IMG/VR virus record: IMGVR_UViG_2657245439_000017
Source of the DNA: a virus
Lineage: Duplodnaviria; Heunggongvirae; Uroviricota; Caudoviricetes
Length of the DNA stretch: 38,307 nucleotides
Strand: one strand, 5' to 3'
In this document: piece after piece, positions 17,292 through 25,911 of the stretch
Position numbering within the stretch: the stretch's first letter is position 1
How the letters are laid out: each line of letters starts with the position of its first letter
Notes under the pieces: generated by a model
Database searches by the model: none
What the model saw: the letters and a program-made list of their open reading frames with translations, nothing else
What the model was told of the DNA's origin: nothing
Position numbers and translations under genes: made by a program

Positions 17292-17337
17292 CCTCATTCG
17301 CTGGCAATGATAAATCACCCGCCTGAAGAGAGAAAAC

Positions 17338-17796
17338 TCAGCGACGGGCCGCTGATTCAAGATGGCGGACAATGGTATCAAGGATGGGGATTACCACTTC
17401 AGGCTGTAGTTCTCCATCCCCCGTCACCGGCAGGAACGGGCGGGCCGGAAGTTCAACAGACTCATTACGCCCCGTTTTACCCCCGAACTGGTGAATGGCA
17501 CCGTAAACAACGTTGGTCCCCACAACAGCCTGCCGGTCGTCATGGTCGGTTGATACTGACCCCATCAGACGCCCGGTATCCTGCAGTGTCTGCCCGTCAC
17601 GTTCTTCCGCTGCCAGCGAGGGCATCCACCCCGGACGCCCCTCATCAAGAAAGTTAAACTGTGTTTCCGCCAGCAGGGTTCCGGCGATTTTGCGCATCGC
17701 GGGCTCCAGGTCTGTGGCAGCAAGATCCAGCGCACGGAGGCTCCGGCGCAGGGATTTATCGTTAATGGTGATACTGACCAGGTTATCGGAAGCCAT
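17338..17796 (-). CDS. Virion morphogenesis protein (Mu G-like)
   Basis: 152 aa; GAGGA RBS before ATG 17794-17796; follows Mu F-like gene. Confidence 0.75.
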   Translation of the reverse strand: MASDNLVSITINDKSLRRSLRALDLAATDLEPAMRKIAGTLLAETQFNFLDEGRPGWMPSLAAEERDGQTLQDTGRLMGSVSTDHDDRQAVVGTNVVYGAIHQFGGKTGRNESVELPARPFLPVTGDGELQPEVVIPILDTIVRHLESAARR

Positions 17797-17798
17797 TG

Positions 17799-18620
17799 TT
17801 ATCCTCTCAGTTCCTGTTGTGCCAGTGGCTGAAGCGTACCCTGATAGCGGGCCAGGTCGGGACGGTATGCTGCCCCCGGTGCATAAGACCAGCCGACGTC
17901 GGTGGTCACCTTCGTGGTGCCGGTATTAAAGGTGGCCACGTTCCGCATTTCGCCGGTTTTCTCTGAGACCAGTTTCAGTTCCTGGCCCATGGCAGAGCCG
18001 GAGCTGATAACCTTCAGGCCACGGGCACGGACATCCGCCGCACTCAGGGCAATCACACTACAGCGGCAGCGCCAGCCGTTCGGCGGGTAAAATGCCTGCC
18101 AGAACGGGTCATCCCAGCGCAGCACCAGACCATGCAGCGCCAGATGGCTCCTGCGGGTATGGCTGTCGTTGATGCCGGTATACATCCAGTACGGCCTGTC
18201 GTCGACGTTTTCCATCTGCTCCGCCCAACGACCGGCGCTGTAGAGTACGGACATATTGGTGCGAAAGATGGTGTCGAGCCGCCACGGGCTGCCCTGCTGA
18301 ATGGTGACCGGCTCACCCGTTACCGGGTCAGTCGTGTCACGTGGTCCCCACCATCCCTTACGCTTCAGCACCGGCTTCAGCTCCTGCCGGAACCAGCGAT
18401 CGGTTTTTCCTTCATCGACAGCCTGCTGCAGTGCCCCGCGAATATCTTCCAGAATATCCAGGCGGGTCACTTTAGCGACGGTAAAGGCGCGGGCATGGGC
18501 TTCCTGCCACATTTCTTCCCAGTCCCAGGTAATCTGATACCCTTTGGACTTCAGGTAACTGACTGCCCGCTTCGGGGGAAGCGTCATGCAGTACGCCAGT
18601 TCAGCCGTTGTCACGCTCAT
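17799..18620 (-). CDS. Head morphogenesis protein (Mu F-like minor head protein)
   Basis: ATG at 18618-18620 (track start at 18647 is TTG); overlaps 3' end of portal gene; conserved portal-F-G order. Confidence 0.75.
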   Translation of the reverse strand: MSVTTAELAYCMTLPPKRAVSYLKSKGYQITWDWEEMWQEAHARAFTVAKVTRLDILEDIRGALQQAVDEGKTDRWFRQELKPVLKRKGWWGPRDTTDPVTGEPVTIQQGSPWRLDTIFRTNMSVLYSAGRWAEQMENVDDRPYWMYTGINDSHTRRSHLALHGLVLRWDDPFWQAFYPPNGWRCRCSVIALSAADVRARGLKVISSGSAMGQELKLVSEKTGEMRNVATFNTGTTKVTTDVGWSYAPGAAYRPDLARYQGTLQPLAQQELRG

Positions 18621-20097
18621 GCAGACGCCCCCAGATATTTGCCACAAAGAGAATGCGGGCCAGCCGTTCCTGCAGATCGTCCGTGTTCATCTGAGGGTAG
18701 AGCTCCGCCAGTTCGCCCAGCAGCTCAGACGGGTTAACCCCGTTTTCGACCCGCTTAAACAGAGGTGCCAGGACGGGTTCCAGCGTGCCATTTAACACAC
18801 CTCCGTTCATCAGAATGTCCAGCGCGTCGTCAAGCTGCTGCTGAGCCTGAATATCGGCATCAATCGCCTCGGCAAATGACAGCGGCAGCATGTTATTCTG
18901 GCGTTCCGACGGTGGTGTCTCGTCAATATCGCCGTCCTGCAGCTGGTACTCACGCTTAAAGTATTGCGGGGTCAGACGCAGACCCGCCCGGGTGAGTTTT
19001 TCGTCGCGGGTGGCGCGGGTGTCATCAATGGTCTCCTGTTCCCACATGGCCCAGACCGGACACGGCACATCGCCGAAGTTCAGGGTGACCACCGTTCTGA
19101 TAACCTGATTCACTGCTGCCTGAATGATGTCCGCATCCGCATCGCGGATATCAGCCGTTACCTCCAGCCCGGCCTGTGCAGAGGCCTTGTTACTGTTCGC
19201 TTCCGTGGTCTGATTCTGACCAAGTAATGCAATGGAGATCTCACTGCGTGACAGTGTGATCAGCTCGCGGAATACCTCGCTGCTGTCCGCCTTACCATCC
19301 GCGGCTTTGAGTTCGATGCTGCTGTCATCGGGGATGGCGGCCACCGCGTCCTCCACCATCTGCTCCATGGAGTCCAGCAGTTTTTCAATCTCTGCATCAT
19401 TTGCACCCCTCGGGTGCTTACCGATCACCCACGGGGAGCCAAACTTTTCGGCAAAGCGGAGCCAGAATTTCATCCCGCCTTTCTTGAAGGCGACCGGCCA
19501 GAAGCACATGGACAGGTCCGGGAAACCGTAAGGATTGTCATACGAGGCATCCTGTGCCGGCACCACGAATTTTGACGGTGACAGCAGCTCACCCTCCACA
19601 CCCGCATCACGCGCCCGGAAGCGCAGGCAGTTGTCCGTATCAAACTGAAACCACTCAGGCGGTTTGCCGACAATATCCGTCACTGCCCACGCCCTGACCG
19701 AACGGCCCCACATGATTTCACAGGGCTGATACCCGTAGAGCACAGCATCACTCATCTCACCGATGATGCGGGACAGATCCAGATCGTCGAGCATGTCGCG
19801 GATGAAACGGAAGACCCGGGCAGAAGCGTGACCGCGCTCCAGTCCACGCTCCAGTGATTTGAGCGCTGCTTTACGTCTGCGGATACAGCCCCCGACCAGC
19901 GGGTCGGTGCGCAGTTCGCGGTAGATACGGATATCCCGTCCCTGAGCCTTGAGAATGGGATCAGGATTGGGCAGATACATGCCCAGTCCGTAAAAGTCGA
20001 TCGCGCGGCTGCGGGAGGCAATCTGCGCGGTCAGTGATTTCTGAGGCTCAGAAAAAGCAACAAATTCATCGGGTGAAACCCAGATACCCCTCGCCAT
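18601..20097 (-). CDS. Portal protein (Mu gp29/H-like)
   Basis: 498 aa; ATG overlaps terminase stop; terminase-portal order. Confidence 0.85.
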   Translation of the reverse strand: MARGIWVSPDEFVAFSEPQKSLTAQIASRSRAIDFYGLGMYLPNPDPILKAQGRDIRIYRELRTDPLVGGCIRRRKAALKSLERGLERGHASARVFRFIRDMLDDLDLSRIIGEMSDAVLYGYQPCEIMWGRSVRAWAVTDIVGKPPEWFQFDTDNCLRFRARDAGVEGELLSPSKFVVPAQDASYDNPYGFPDLSMCFWPVAFKKGGMKFWLRFAEKFGSPWVIGKHPRGANDAEIEKLLDSMEQMVEDAVAAIPDDSSIELKAADGKADSSEVFRELITLSRSEISIALLGQNQTTEANSNKASAQAGLEVTADIRDADADIIQAAVNQVIRTVVTLNFGDVPCPVWAMWEQETIDDTRATRDEKLTRAGLRLTPQYFKREYQLQDGDIDETPPSERQNNMLPLSFAEAIDADIQAQQQLDDALDILMNGGVLNGTLEPVLAPLFKRVENGVNPSELLGELAELYPQMNTDDLQERLARILFVANIWGRLHERDNG

Positions 20098-21692
20098 CAG
20101 AATCCCTCCAGCATACGGGCCGCCTGACGACGACGGCGTGAGCTTGCCTTCACCGGCCCTTTGTTAATTTCACGGCTGGCGAAATACGCCAGCGCCAGTG
20201 CGATGGCTGAATCCCCGTGGCGTTTACCACCGTCAGCCTTTGCTTTTGAGCGTTGCTCCGGTACGCGGGGGACACCGTTCACCACCTGAACGGCCCGCAG
20301 GTCATCCAGTGTGTCTTCATCCTTTGGTAAGTCCACCAGGTTACCGTCTTCCAGTGCAGCTTTGACCGGAGGCATATGCTCCCGGTACCAGCCTTCGGTT
20401 GGCATCACCTGCTGAACCCGGCTGGAGCCGTAGCGCTGCATGGCGTATTCAGCCAGATAGGCACCATTACCACGGGCATCAAACGCTGCACCCAGCAGAC
20501 CGGGCAGGCCATCCATCAGATACCAGGTGATTTGTTCCTGCTGTCTGAACGGCACGTTACGCAGCTCCAGTACGAATGGCACGCGTCGTACCAGGTTCTT
20601 CTCCTGCAGCAGGGGATAGTCCACCGACAAATCACCGCTACGGCCAAAGTCGCGCCCCAGGAAAGAGCGGGCATCAGTGGGGAGTGCCTCCAGCAAGGGT
20701 TTCAGATACTCATCAAGCCAGTCCTGCGTCTCGCGGAAGCGAACCTCATCAGACAGCAGTTCATAACCTTCCTTGCAGGTCAGACGCAATACCGGCGTAT
20801 CAGCGGACATGCGGGACTCTATCAGGGCACGGGACAGCCAGGCACCGCCACCGTTGGCCGGAATACAGTCAAGCTCTTCGGATGCGCCGGCACCGTAGAA
20901 TTTGTACACCGATGCCATCCAGGCCTGCTCGGATGCCTCCGACCATTCCTTCCCGGTGCGCAGACAGACGCGCCGGAACAGCCCCTCAGATACGGCTTCC
21001 CGGAAAGTGATGCGATGTATGCTGCCTCCCTGACGTCCGGCACGGATATCCCCGATAAGGGTATTGAACGGATTGTCGTCACCGTTATGGGTGGAGATAA
21101 CGCGTACCTTTCCCCCCCAGACAAGCATCGCCAGCGCCGCTTTCAGCAGTTCGTCCAGTTGCTCATGGAACGCCGCTTCGTCGATAACAATAATACCCTG
21201 ACGGCCACGCAGGTTAGACGGGCGGCTGGAGAGCGCAACAATACGAAAGCCGGAGTCAGGAAATTTGATGGTGTAAGTCCTGATGTGTTTGTCGTCGTCG
21301 TCCTCTTCCCAGAATCCTTCTTCAATTTCACTGGCCGCATAGTTGAATGCCCGTGCCCACATCGCACACGCCTGAATGTATTCGACGGTCATGTCCTGGT
21401 TATAAGCGATGTAATACACATTCATCCCGCCTGCTGGCGCAGAAGAGGCGGCGGTCAGTACGTTATCGGATGCCTCAGCCCATGTAATACCGGTACGACG
21501 GCTCTTTTCTATCACCTTAAGCGGAGAGGTGTCTGCCACCCAGCGCTGCTGGTAAGGCAACAGAACGGGAGGGGCATCCAGCGCCGAGGTATCAGGCAAA
21601 ACGGGAGCAAGGTTATTCCTCCCGTCCATGGGACTCATCCCTTCGGGGCCGCCGCCAGCGGCGTTTAAAATCACTCCGGATGATTTTGTCAT
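20097..21692 (-). CDS. Terminase large subunit (Mu gp28-like)
   Basis: 531 aa; ATPase N-half and nuclease-like C-half; upstream of portal. Confidence 0.85.
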   Translation of the reverse strand: MTKSSGVILNAAGGGPEGMSPMDGRNNLAPVLPDTSALDAPPVLLPYQQRWVADTSPLKVIEKSRRTGITWAEASDNVLTAASSAPAGGMNVYYIAYNQDMTVEYIQACAMWARAFNYAASEIEEGFWEEDDDDKHIRTYTIKFPDSGFRIVALSSRPSNLRGRQGIIVIDEAAFHEQLDELLKAALAMLVWGGKVRVISTHNGDDNPFNTLIGDIRAGRQGGSIHRITFREAVSEGLFRRVCLRTGKEWSEASEQAWMASVYKFYGAGASEELDCIPANGGGAWLSRALIESRMSADTPVLRLTCKEGYELLSDEVRFRETQDWLDEYLKPLLEALPTDARSFLGRDFGRSGDLSVDYPLLQEKNLVRRVPFVLELRNVPFRQQEQITWYLMDGLPGLLGAAFDARGNGAYLAEYAMQRYGSSRVQQVMPTEGWYREHMPPVKAALEDGNLVDLPKDEDTLDDLRAVQVVNGVPRVPEQRSKAKADGGKRHGDSAIALALAYFASREINKGPVKASSRRRRQAARMLEGF

Positions 21693-22234
21693 GTGGCAAT
21701 CCCCAGAATCTCGCGACGAAGCGCCTGTACTGCGTCGCTTGACAGTCCCCCCTTACGGGCAATTTTCTCGGCGTTGCTGGCTGCCTGCTGCGCTCTGGCC
21801 CGTACTTCAGACTGGAACTTTTTGAGGTTGACGGACGCGCGGGACAGCGTAGCCACATTCTTCGCCACCTTCGACAGCAGGGCCACGCGTTCTTTAGGAT
21901 CGACTTCGCCTTCTTCCGCCTCCTGCAACTGGACAATACTCTCGAACAGCTCGGTCTGAATAAGGGCTATCACAGCCTCCGAACGCGCATCCTGATCGTC
22001 TGCTGCGCCTTCGGTCAGCATGCGGGCCGCTTCTGTTGCCGCACGGATAGCACCATAGCGGCGCTCAATCTTCTGTCCATAGCGATGGATAGCGGATTTG
22101 CTGATGACGTACCCCCGCTCACGCAGCAGGGACTCCAGCTCGTTATACCCGCTGAAGCCGGATTCAGTCAGCGCCCGTTCAAGCCAGCGGCGCACGTCTT
22201 CCGGCAGCTTTTCTATTGTGCTGCGTCTGGCCAT
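21689..22234 (-). CDS. Terminase small subunit-like DNA-binding protein (Mu gp27-like)
   Basis: 181 aa; N-terminal HTH-like segment, coiled-coil C-terminus; immediately upstream of large terminase with ATGA overlap. Confidence 0.6.
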   Translation of the reverse strand: MARRSTIEKLPEDVRRWLERALTESGFSGYNELESLLRERGYVISKSAIHRYGQKIERRYGAIRAATEAARMLTEGAADDQDARSEAVIALIQTELFESIVQLQEAEEGEVDPKERVALLSKVAKNVATLSRASVNLKKFQSEVRARAQQAASNAEKIARKGGLSSDAVQALRREILGIAT

Positions 22235-22545
22235 TATTCACTCCAGTACTTTTCCGGGCGGGCAATACCCGGACCACATTCCACGGTGTATTCCACCAGG
22301 TCTACGCCGAGGCGGGTCAGGTCAGCAAACCAGTCGCCAGAAGGTTTTTTCTCCAGATCAACCATTTTACGGTCAGCCAGATAATCCAGTTCGCGGCGCA
22401 GTTCCAGCGGTGTGGTGTCCGGGTAGATGGCACGGGACACATCCAGCAGCAGCGTCTCGCTGGCGGTGTAAGGGCGGGTCTTGTTCAGGGCAACCAGCAG
22501 ACTCCAGCGCAGGGATTCGCGGCGTACCCGGGTAATATCGACCAT
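22234..22545 (-). CDS. Hypothetical late protein (103 aa)
   Basis: GGAGG RBS before ATG at 22543-22545; overlapping stop/start with neighbours. Confidence 0.5.
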   Translation of the reverse strand: MVDITRVRRESLRWSLLVALNKTRPYTASETLLLDVSRAIYPDTTPLELRRELDYLADRKMVDLEKKPSGDWFADLTRLGVDLVEYTVECGPGIARPEKYWSE

Positions 22546-22871
22546 TATTGACCTCCGGTATTGCGGTACTGCTGTACCACTTCCAGTTTGTTGTAGAGCG
22601 CGTCCAGTTTGGCCTCGATGACTGTCTGGCCACGGATATAATCCTCGCGACGGACATAATTCAGCGGTAAATCCGCTTTAAATCGCATAAATTCTTTTTC
22701 CAGTTCGCCCCAGTTGGAGGCGGACTGTTGCAGGGCCTGCTCAAGGGAGGCGAATCGTGCCGCCTGGCGTTCTTCTGTTTTACTGAACAACCATTTGGCG
22801 AGCCCTCCCACAAACCCCATGAAGGTGAGCAGAAAACTCACCACCGTCCAGAATTCAACCTGCAGTGTCAT
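22545..22871 (-). CDS. Membrane protein with N-terminal TM helix and coiled coil (lysis accessory, Mu gp25-like position)
   Basis: 108 aa; TM segment FWTVVSFLLTFMGFVGGLA; ATG at 22869-22871 overlapping spanin stop. Confidence 0.5.
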   Translation of the reverse strand: MTLQVEFWTVVSFLLTFMGFVGGLAKWLFSKTEERQAARFASLEQALQQSASNWGELEKEFMRFKADLPLNYVRREDYIRGQTVIEAKLDALYNKLEVVQQYRNTGGQ

Positions 22872-23518
22872 TTCTGTAATCCTTCCCGTTCATCCAGTAA
22901 CGCGTTTATCTGGTTCCGCCAGCGACGACATTGTCCTGCGTTGTCGATGATGTTGGCGAGAACGTCACGCTGGGAGACACCCGAATCGCGTAACCGGGTG
23001 TCAGTGGTTTCAGGTTGCCCGGTCGCTGTGCCAGAGCGGGTGCCAGCGGCGGCAACTGAGTCTGAATGACCGGTGTCGACGGATGCGTTGTCATATCCGA
23101 GTGCGGCGTTGTACTGGCGCACGAAACCGCGAGTAAACACGCACTCAATGGGATGGCTCTTACCTTTTTCATCAATCCAGCGCTGTGTGACATCGTTAAT
23201 TTGCCCCTGTAGTTGTTTATTCCGGCTCTCCAGTTGAGCAATCTGCTCAAGATAACCGGCTTCAGCCCGCTGCCCGGCGGCCACCTGCTCCTGATACCGT
23301 CTGGCCCAGGCCCGCAGCGCAGCATTCTCAAGCGTTGCCTGCTCCGTTTTGTACGCGTCAAATGCTGACTGCAACTGACTGAGCGCGGTATCACCGTCAC
23401 GCTTTGCAGAGTCATGACCACTTCTGTATCCCATGGCATACAGGCCGACCAGAAAGGCATTGATAAGAATGGCCAGCAGAATGCCGCGCCACGGCAGCTT
23501 TTTAATCAGATGCCACAC
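22868..23518 (-). CDS. i-spanin (Rz-like): N-terminal TM anchor, periplasmic coiled coil
   Basis: Likely GTG start at 23516-23518 overlapping endolysin stop (track ORF extends to 23620); TM GILLAILINAFLVGLYAMGY then coiled coil; contains embedded lipoprotein gene. Confidence 0.6.
   Translation of the reverse strand: MWHLIKKLPWRGILLAILINAFLVGLYAMGYRSGHDSAKRDGDTALSQLQSAFDAYKTEQATLENAALRAWARRYQEQVAAGQRAEAGYLEQIAQLESRNKQLQGQINDVTQRWIDEKGKSHPIECVFTRGFVRQYNAALGYDNASVDTGHSDSVAAAGTRSGTATGQPETTDTRLRDSGVSQRDVLANIIDNAGQCRRWRNQINALLDEREGLQK
22906..23172 (-). CDS. o-spanin (Rz1-like outer-membrane lipoprotein), embedded in i-spanin gene in a different frame
   Basis: MKKVRAIPLSACLLAVSC lipobox signal followed by Pro-rich sequence; entirely inside 22868-23518. 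Confidence 0.7.
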   Translation of the reverse strand: MKKVRAIPLSACLLAVSCASTTPHSDMTTHPSTPVIQTQLPPLAPALAQRPGNLKPLTPGYAIRVSPSVTFSPTSSTTQDNVVAGGTR

Positions 23519-24242
23519 AACTGCTGCCTCCCCATGTGAGATATCGCGGTGCCAGTTCGCGCAGGATGCGCTGCGGATAATGGCGGTTCTCCCGCCAGCT
23601 GGCCGCATTGCGTCCGGCATTCACCGTCGCGACATGTCCGAACCAGCGGGTGCTGTCCAGACCTTTCTGTGATGCAAGCCGCCTGTCCCGTTGTACCCAG
23701 CCCAGACCACCGTTATAGCCCGACAGTGTCATGGCCATACGCTCGCAGTCACTGGCGGCGCTGACACGCTGCCACAGCCAGCGGTCATAGCTGACCAGCG
23801 CCCGGATAGCCCATGCCGGATTAAACGGCTCACGACTGCTCAGCATCGGTATCAACTGGCTTATCCAGTCGGCAGTGGCAGGCATGAACTGCGCCAGTCC
23901 CTGAGCGCCAGCCGGCGAGATCGCATCAGGTCGCCAGCCGCTTTCCTGATGCAGTTGCGCGGCGAAATCGGCCACCGGCGCAGACAGTCCCCATTCAAGC
24001 CGGGCATTACGGATCACATCATCGCGATACTGCAGCGCAGCCTGCGGAGGTTGTGCTGCGCATGCCTGGCTGAAAAAGCCGCCACACCAGAGCAACATTG
24101 CGACAAAGAATACCCATGCCATATGAACCAGAAAGGTCCCGGCGCGGACTGACAGGCGTTCGGTTCTGATGAAGACCCGAAAGGCTTCGAAAGCCAGTTT
24201 CAGGGACATGCATACAATCCAGGTGATCTGCGGCCAGTTCAT
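23502..24242 (-). CDS. Endolysin, lytic transglycosylase (SLT domain) with N-terminal signal-anchor-like hydrophobic segment
   Basis: Motif QESGWRPDAISPAGAQGLAQFMPATA (catalytic E-S); N-terminal AWVFFVAMLLWCGGFF suggests SAR or secreted endolysin; start could alternatively be the internal Met at 24122. Confidence 0.75.
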   Translation of the reverse strand: MNWPQITWIVCMSLKLAFEAFRVFIRTERLSVRAGTFLVHMAWVFFVAMLLWCGGFFSQACAAQPPQAALQYRDDVIRNARLEWGLSAPVADFAAQLHQESGWRPDAISPAGAQGLAQFMPATADWISQLIPMLSSREPFNPAWAIRALVSYDRWLWQRVSAASDCERMAMTLSGYNGGLGWVQRDRRLASQKGLDSTRWFGHVATVNAGRNAASWRENRHYPQRILRELAPRYLTWGGSSCVASD

Positions 24243-24244
24243 GA

Positions 24245-24595
24245 TTAAAGCCCCATCGCAACAGCCAGGCAGACCGCTGCAACAATCAGTGCACGGCGGA
24301 TTAACGCAGCAGAAAACACCAGGTGAAGGCCGGTCTGTACCGGGAAACGCCCTTCAGCCATCAGCCTGTCGTCATGTTTCAGGTACTGACCGGGACGGGC
24401 TTTGGGGAAGAGCGAACGGTCAAGCCAGTAACCCAGCACTGCTGCCAGCGTGATGAGTGCCAGCTTGTAGATCACAACAGGCAGCTGCTGTGGTGAGACC
24501 AGAGCGATGGTGCCCAGCAACAGCACTGAGGTCAGCAGCCAGCCGCTGAGGCGAGGTTTTTTAACAGGGGGAATGAATTTTTTCAGGTTTTTCAT
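24245..24595 (-). CDS. Putative holin (three predicted TM segments)
   Basis: ATG at 24593-24595 preceded by GAGGA; first gene of lysis cassette; track ORF extends to 24643 via TTG. Confidence 0.55.
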   Translation of the reverse strand: MKNLKKFIPPVKKPRLSGWLLTSVLLLGTIALVSPQQLPVVIYKLALITLAAVLGYWLDRSLFPKARPGQYLKHDDRLMAEGRFPVQTGLHLVFSAALIRRALIVAAVCLAVAMGL

Positions 24596-24725
24596 GTGTG
24601 TATCCTCGTTTGGTGGAGACAGCATCACAAATACAGGGCGCAAAGGATTTTAAAGCGCGTTAAGAGAGCCGGGGATACGGGATGTGCAGGATAAACGATG
24701 AATTATTCACAGAGGAGAATACGAT

Positions 24726-25202
24726 ATGACGCACACACTGAATCCGGTCATCACTGTCACTGTGTCCGGTCCTGTGGGCAGCGGTAAAAGTTACGTACTG
24801 GCGCGGATAGAAGAGATGGTGAAACAGGAACTCGGAAACAGCGTCATTGTCGATGCTGCTGACGTGGAGAATGAGCGCCGTATGAATGGCGAAGATCTGA
24901 CGACCTGGCAGAAGCCACGGGGTGGCACAGTGATCAGGCTAGAGGAATACACGGGACAGGGCCTGTTGTCATACGGCGAGGAGCGTATCTGTCGGACGAA
25001 TGAGCTGCTGGATGTTATATGCCCCACGGGCCGGCAACCCTGGATACTGCCCGATGCACTGCATGCCACCATTGCGGCACTGATGACAGTTTACGATCAG
25101 GAGCTGCTCATGAAGGAGTTACGTAAACTCACCGGTCAGCCAACAGAATGTTGTTCGTCTCCGAAGTACGGCAAACAGGAAAACGCCCCGGATAATCCTT
25201 AA
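24726..25202 (+). CDS. Small P-loop NTPase-like protein (158 aa), function unknown
   Basis: Walker A GPVGSGKS near N-terminus, hydrophobic-D stretch SVIVDAAD as possible Walker B; strong RBS AGAGGAGAA before ATG; opposite strand to flanking operons. Confidence 0.65.
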   Translation: MTHTLNPVITVTVSGPVGSGKSYVLARIEEMVKQELGNSVIVDAADVENERRMNGEDLTTWQKPRGGTVIRLEEYTGQGLLSYGEERICRTNELLDVICPTGRQPWILPDALHATIAALMTVYDQELLMKELRKLTGQPTECCSSPKYGKQENAPDNP

Positions 25203-25221
25203 GATACCTCCTGAACAGAAA

Positions 25222-25237
25222 CAGCCCTGAAGGGCTG
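25222..25237 (-). terminator. Hairpin between convergent genes (CAGCCCT-GA-AGGGCTG), candidate terminator for the repressor-linked operon
   Basis: Starts 3 nt downstream of the minus-strand gene stop; followed on minus strand by TTTCTGTTC; also 20 nt after plus-strand P-loop gene stop. Confidence 0.4.
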
Positions 25238-25239
25238 CA

Positions 25240-25821
25240 CTAAAAAAAGAAGTGTATTATTGCCCAAACAGCTATAACGATGATTCCCAGCCCAAGAGCC
25301 GATTCTAACTTATCTTTGGCAGTCATTTTTACTGTTGTAGCGGGCGCAGGTAAGTCTTGCTGCTGTGGATTTTCTGTTAGTTGTTTACGAGAAGAAACAT
25401 CGCCCCTATTAGTTTGCTTCATGTTGATTACAGATGCGTTATGGGCATTATCAGCAGCAATTGACTGAAGTTTTACAAAAGTTTTTGAATCTGTTTTAGC
25501 CAGAAGTAACCTATTTCCCGTAAACATTGCCTTAAAAGTGATAGTTTTTTTCGTCTTGTCCGCCGCACCAAGCAAACCTCCAATGACCAACCCTGCACCA
25601 CCAAAGATTAATCCACCAAGCAAACCTGCGCCTGCCGCCTTACCTATACGGCTTTCCTCTTCACTATCCGCAAGTTCAATCGATAAAAGCTCTTCTTTCA
25701 GATTTAATACAATATTTTCAGGAAAGCCTTGTTTTGGTTTTTTGGCAAACACGATGGTACCGAACCCCATGCTTGCCCACCCTTTAGGAAAACTTCCTGC
25801 GATAACCTGAATCCCTGCCAT
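25240..25821 (-). CDS. Glycine-zipper membrane protein with C-terminal TM anchor (candidate membrane effector)
   Basis: GAGLLGGLIFGGAGLVIGGLLGA GxxxG-type zipper; C-terminal LGLGIIVIAVWAIIHFFF; start likely ATG at 25819-25821 (AAGGTG 6 nt upstream) rather than GTG at 25830. Confidence 0.65.
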   Translation of the reverse strand: MAGIQVIAGSFPKGWASMGFGTIVFAKKPKQGFPENIVLNLKEELLSIELADSEEESRIGKAAGAGLLGGLIFGGAGLVIGGLLGAADKTKKTITFKAMFTGNRLLLAKTDSKTFVKLQSIAADNAHNASVINMKQTNRGDVSSRKQLTENPQQQDLPAPATTVKMTAKDKLESALGLGIIVIAVWAIIHFFF

Positions 25822-25911
25822 GTTCATCACCTTTTACATTAAAATTTCAGAACGCAGCATGATGCCGCCTTTGTCTTTTTTCTGATCCCATGGTAATTCA
25901 GCTGTTATTTT

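Noticed and set aside
17193-17381. 62-aa minus-strand ORF in the head-operon intergenic gap
   Set aside because: No RBS, overlaps the hairpin and the Mu G-like gene end; more likely regulatory DNA
20376-21668. 430-aa plus-strand ORF antisense to the terminase large subunit
   Set aside because: Fully contained in a confident minus-strand gene; typical long antisense ORF in GC-rich coding DNA
22906-23460. Full 184-aa track ORF overlapping the i-spanin gene
   Set aside because: Only the 3' portion from the MKKVRAIPLSACLLAVSC lipoprotein signal (22906-23172) looks real; the upstream part is non-coding read-through of the alternative frame
25222-25237. Hairpin as terminator for the plus-strand P-loop gene
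   Set aside because: On the plus strand it is followed by an A-run rather than a U-run; it fits better as terminator of the convergent minus-strand operon, though bidirectional function cannot be excluded
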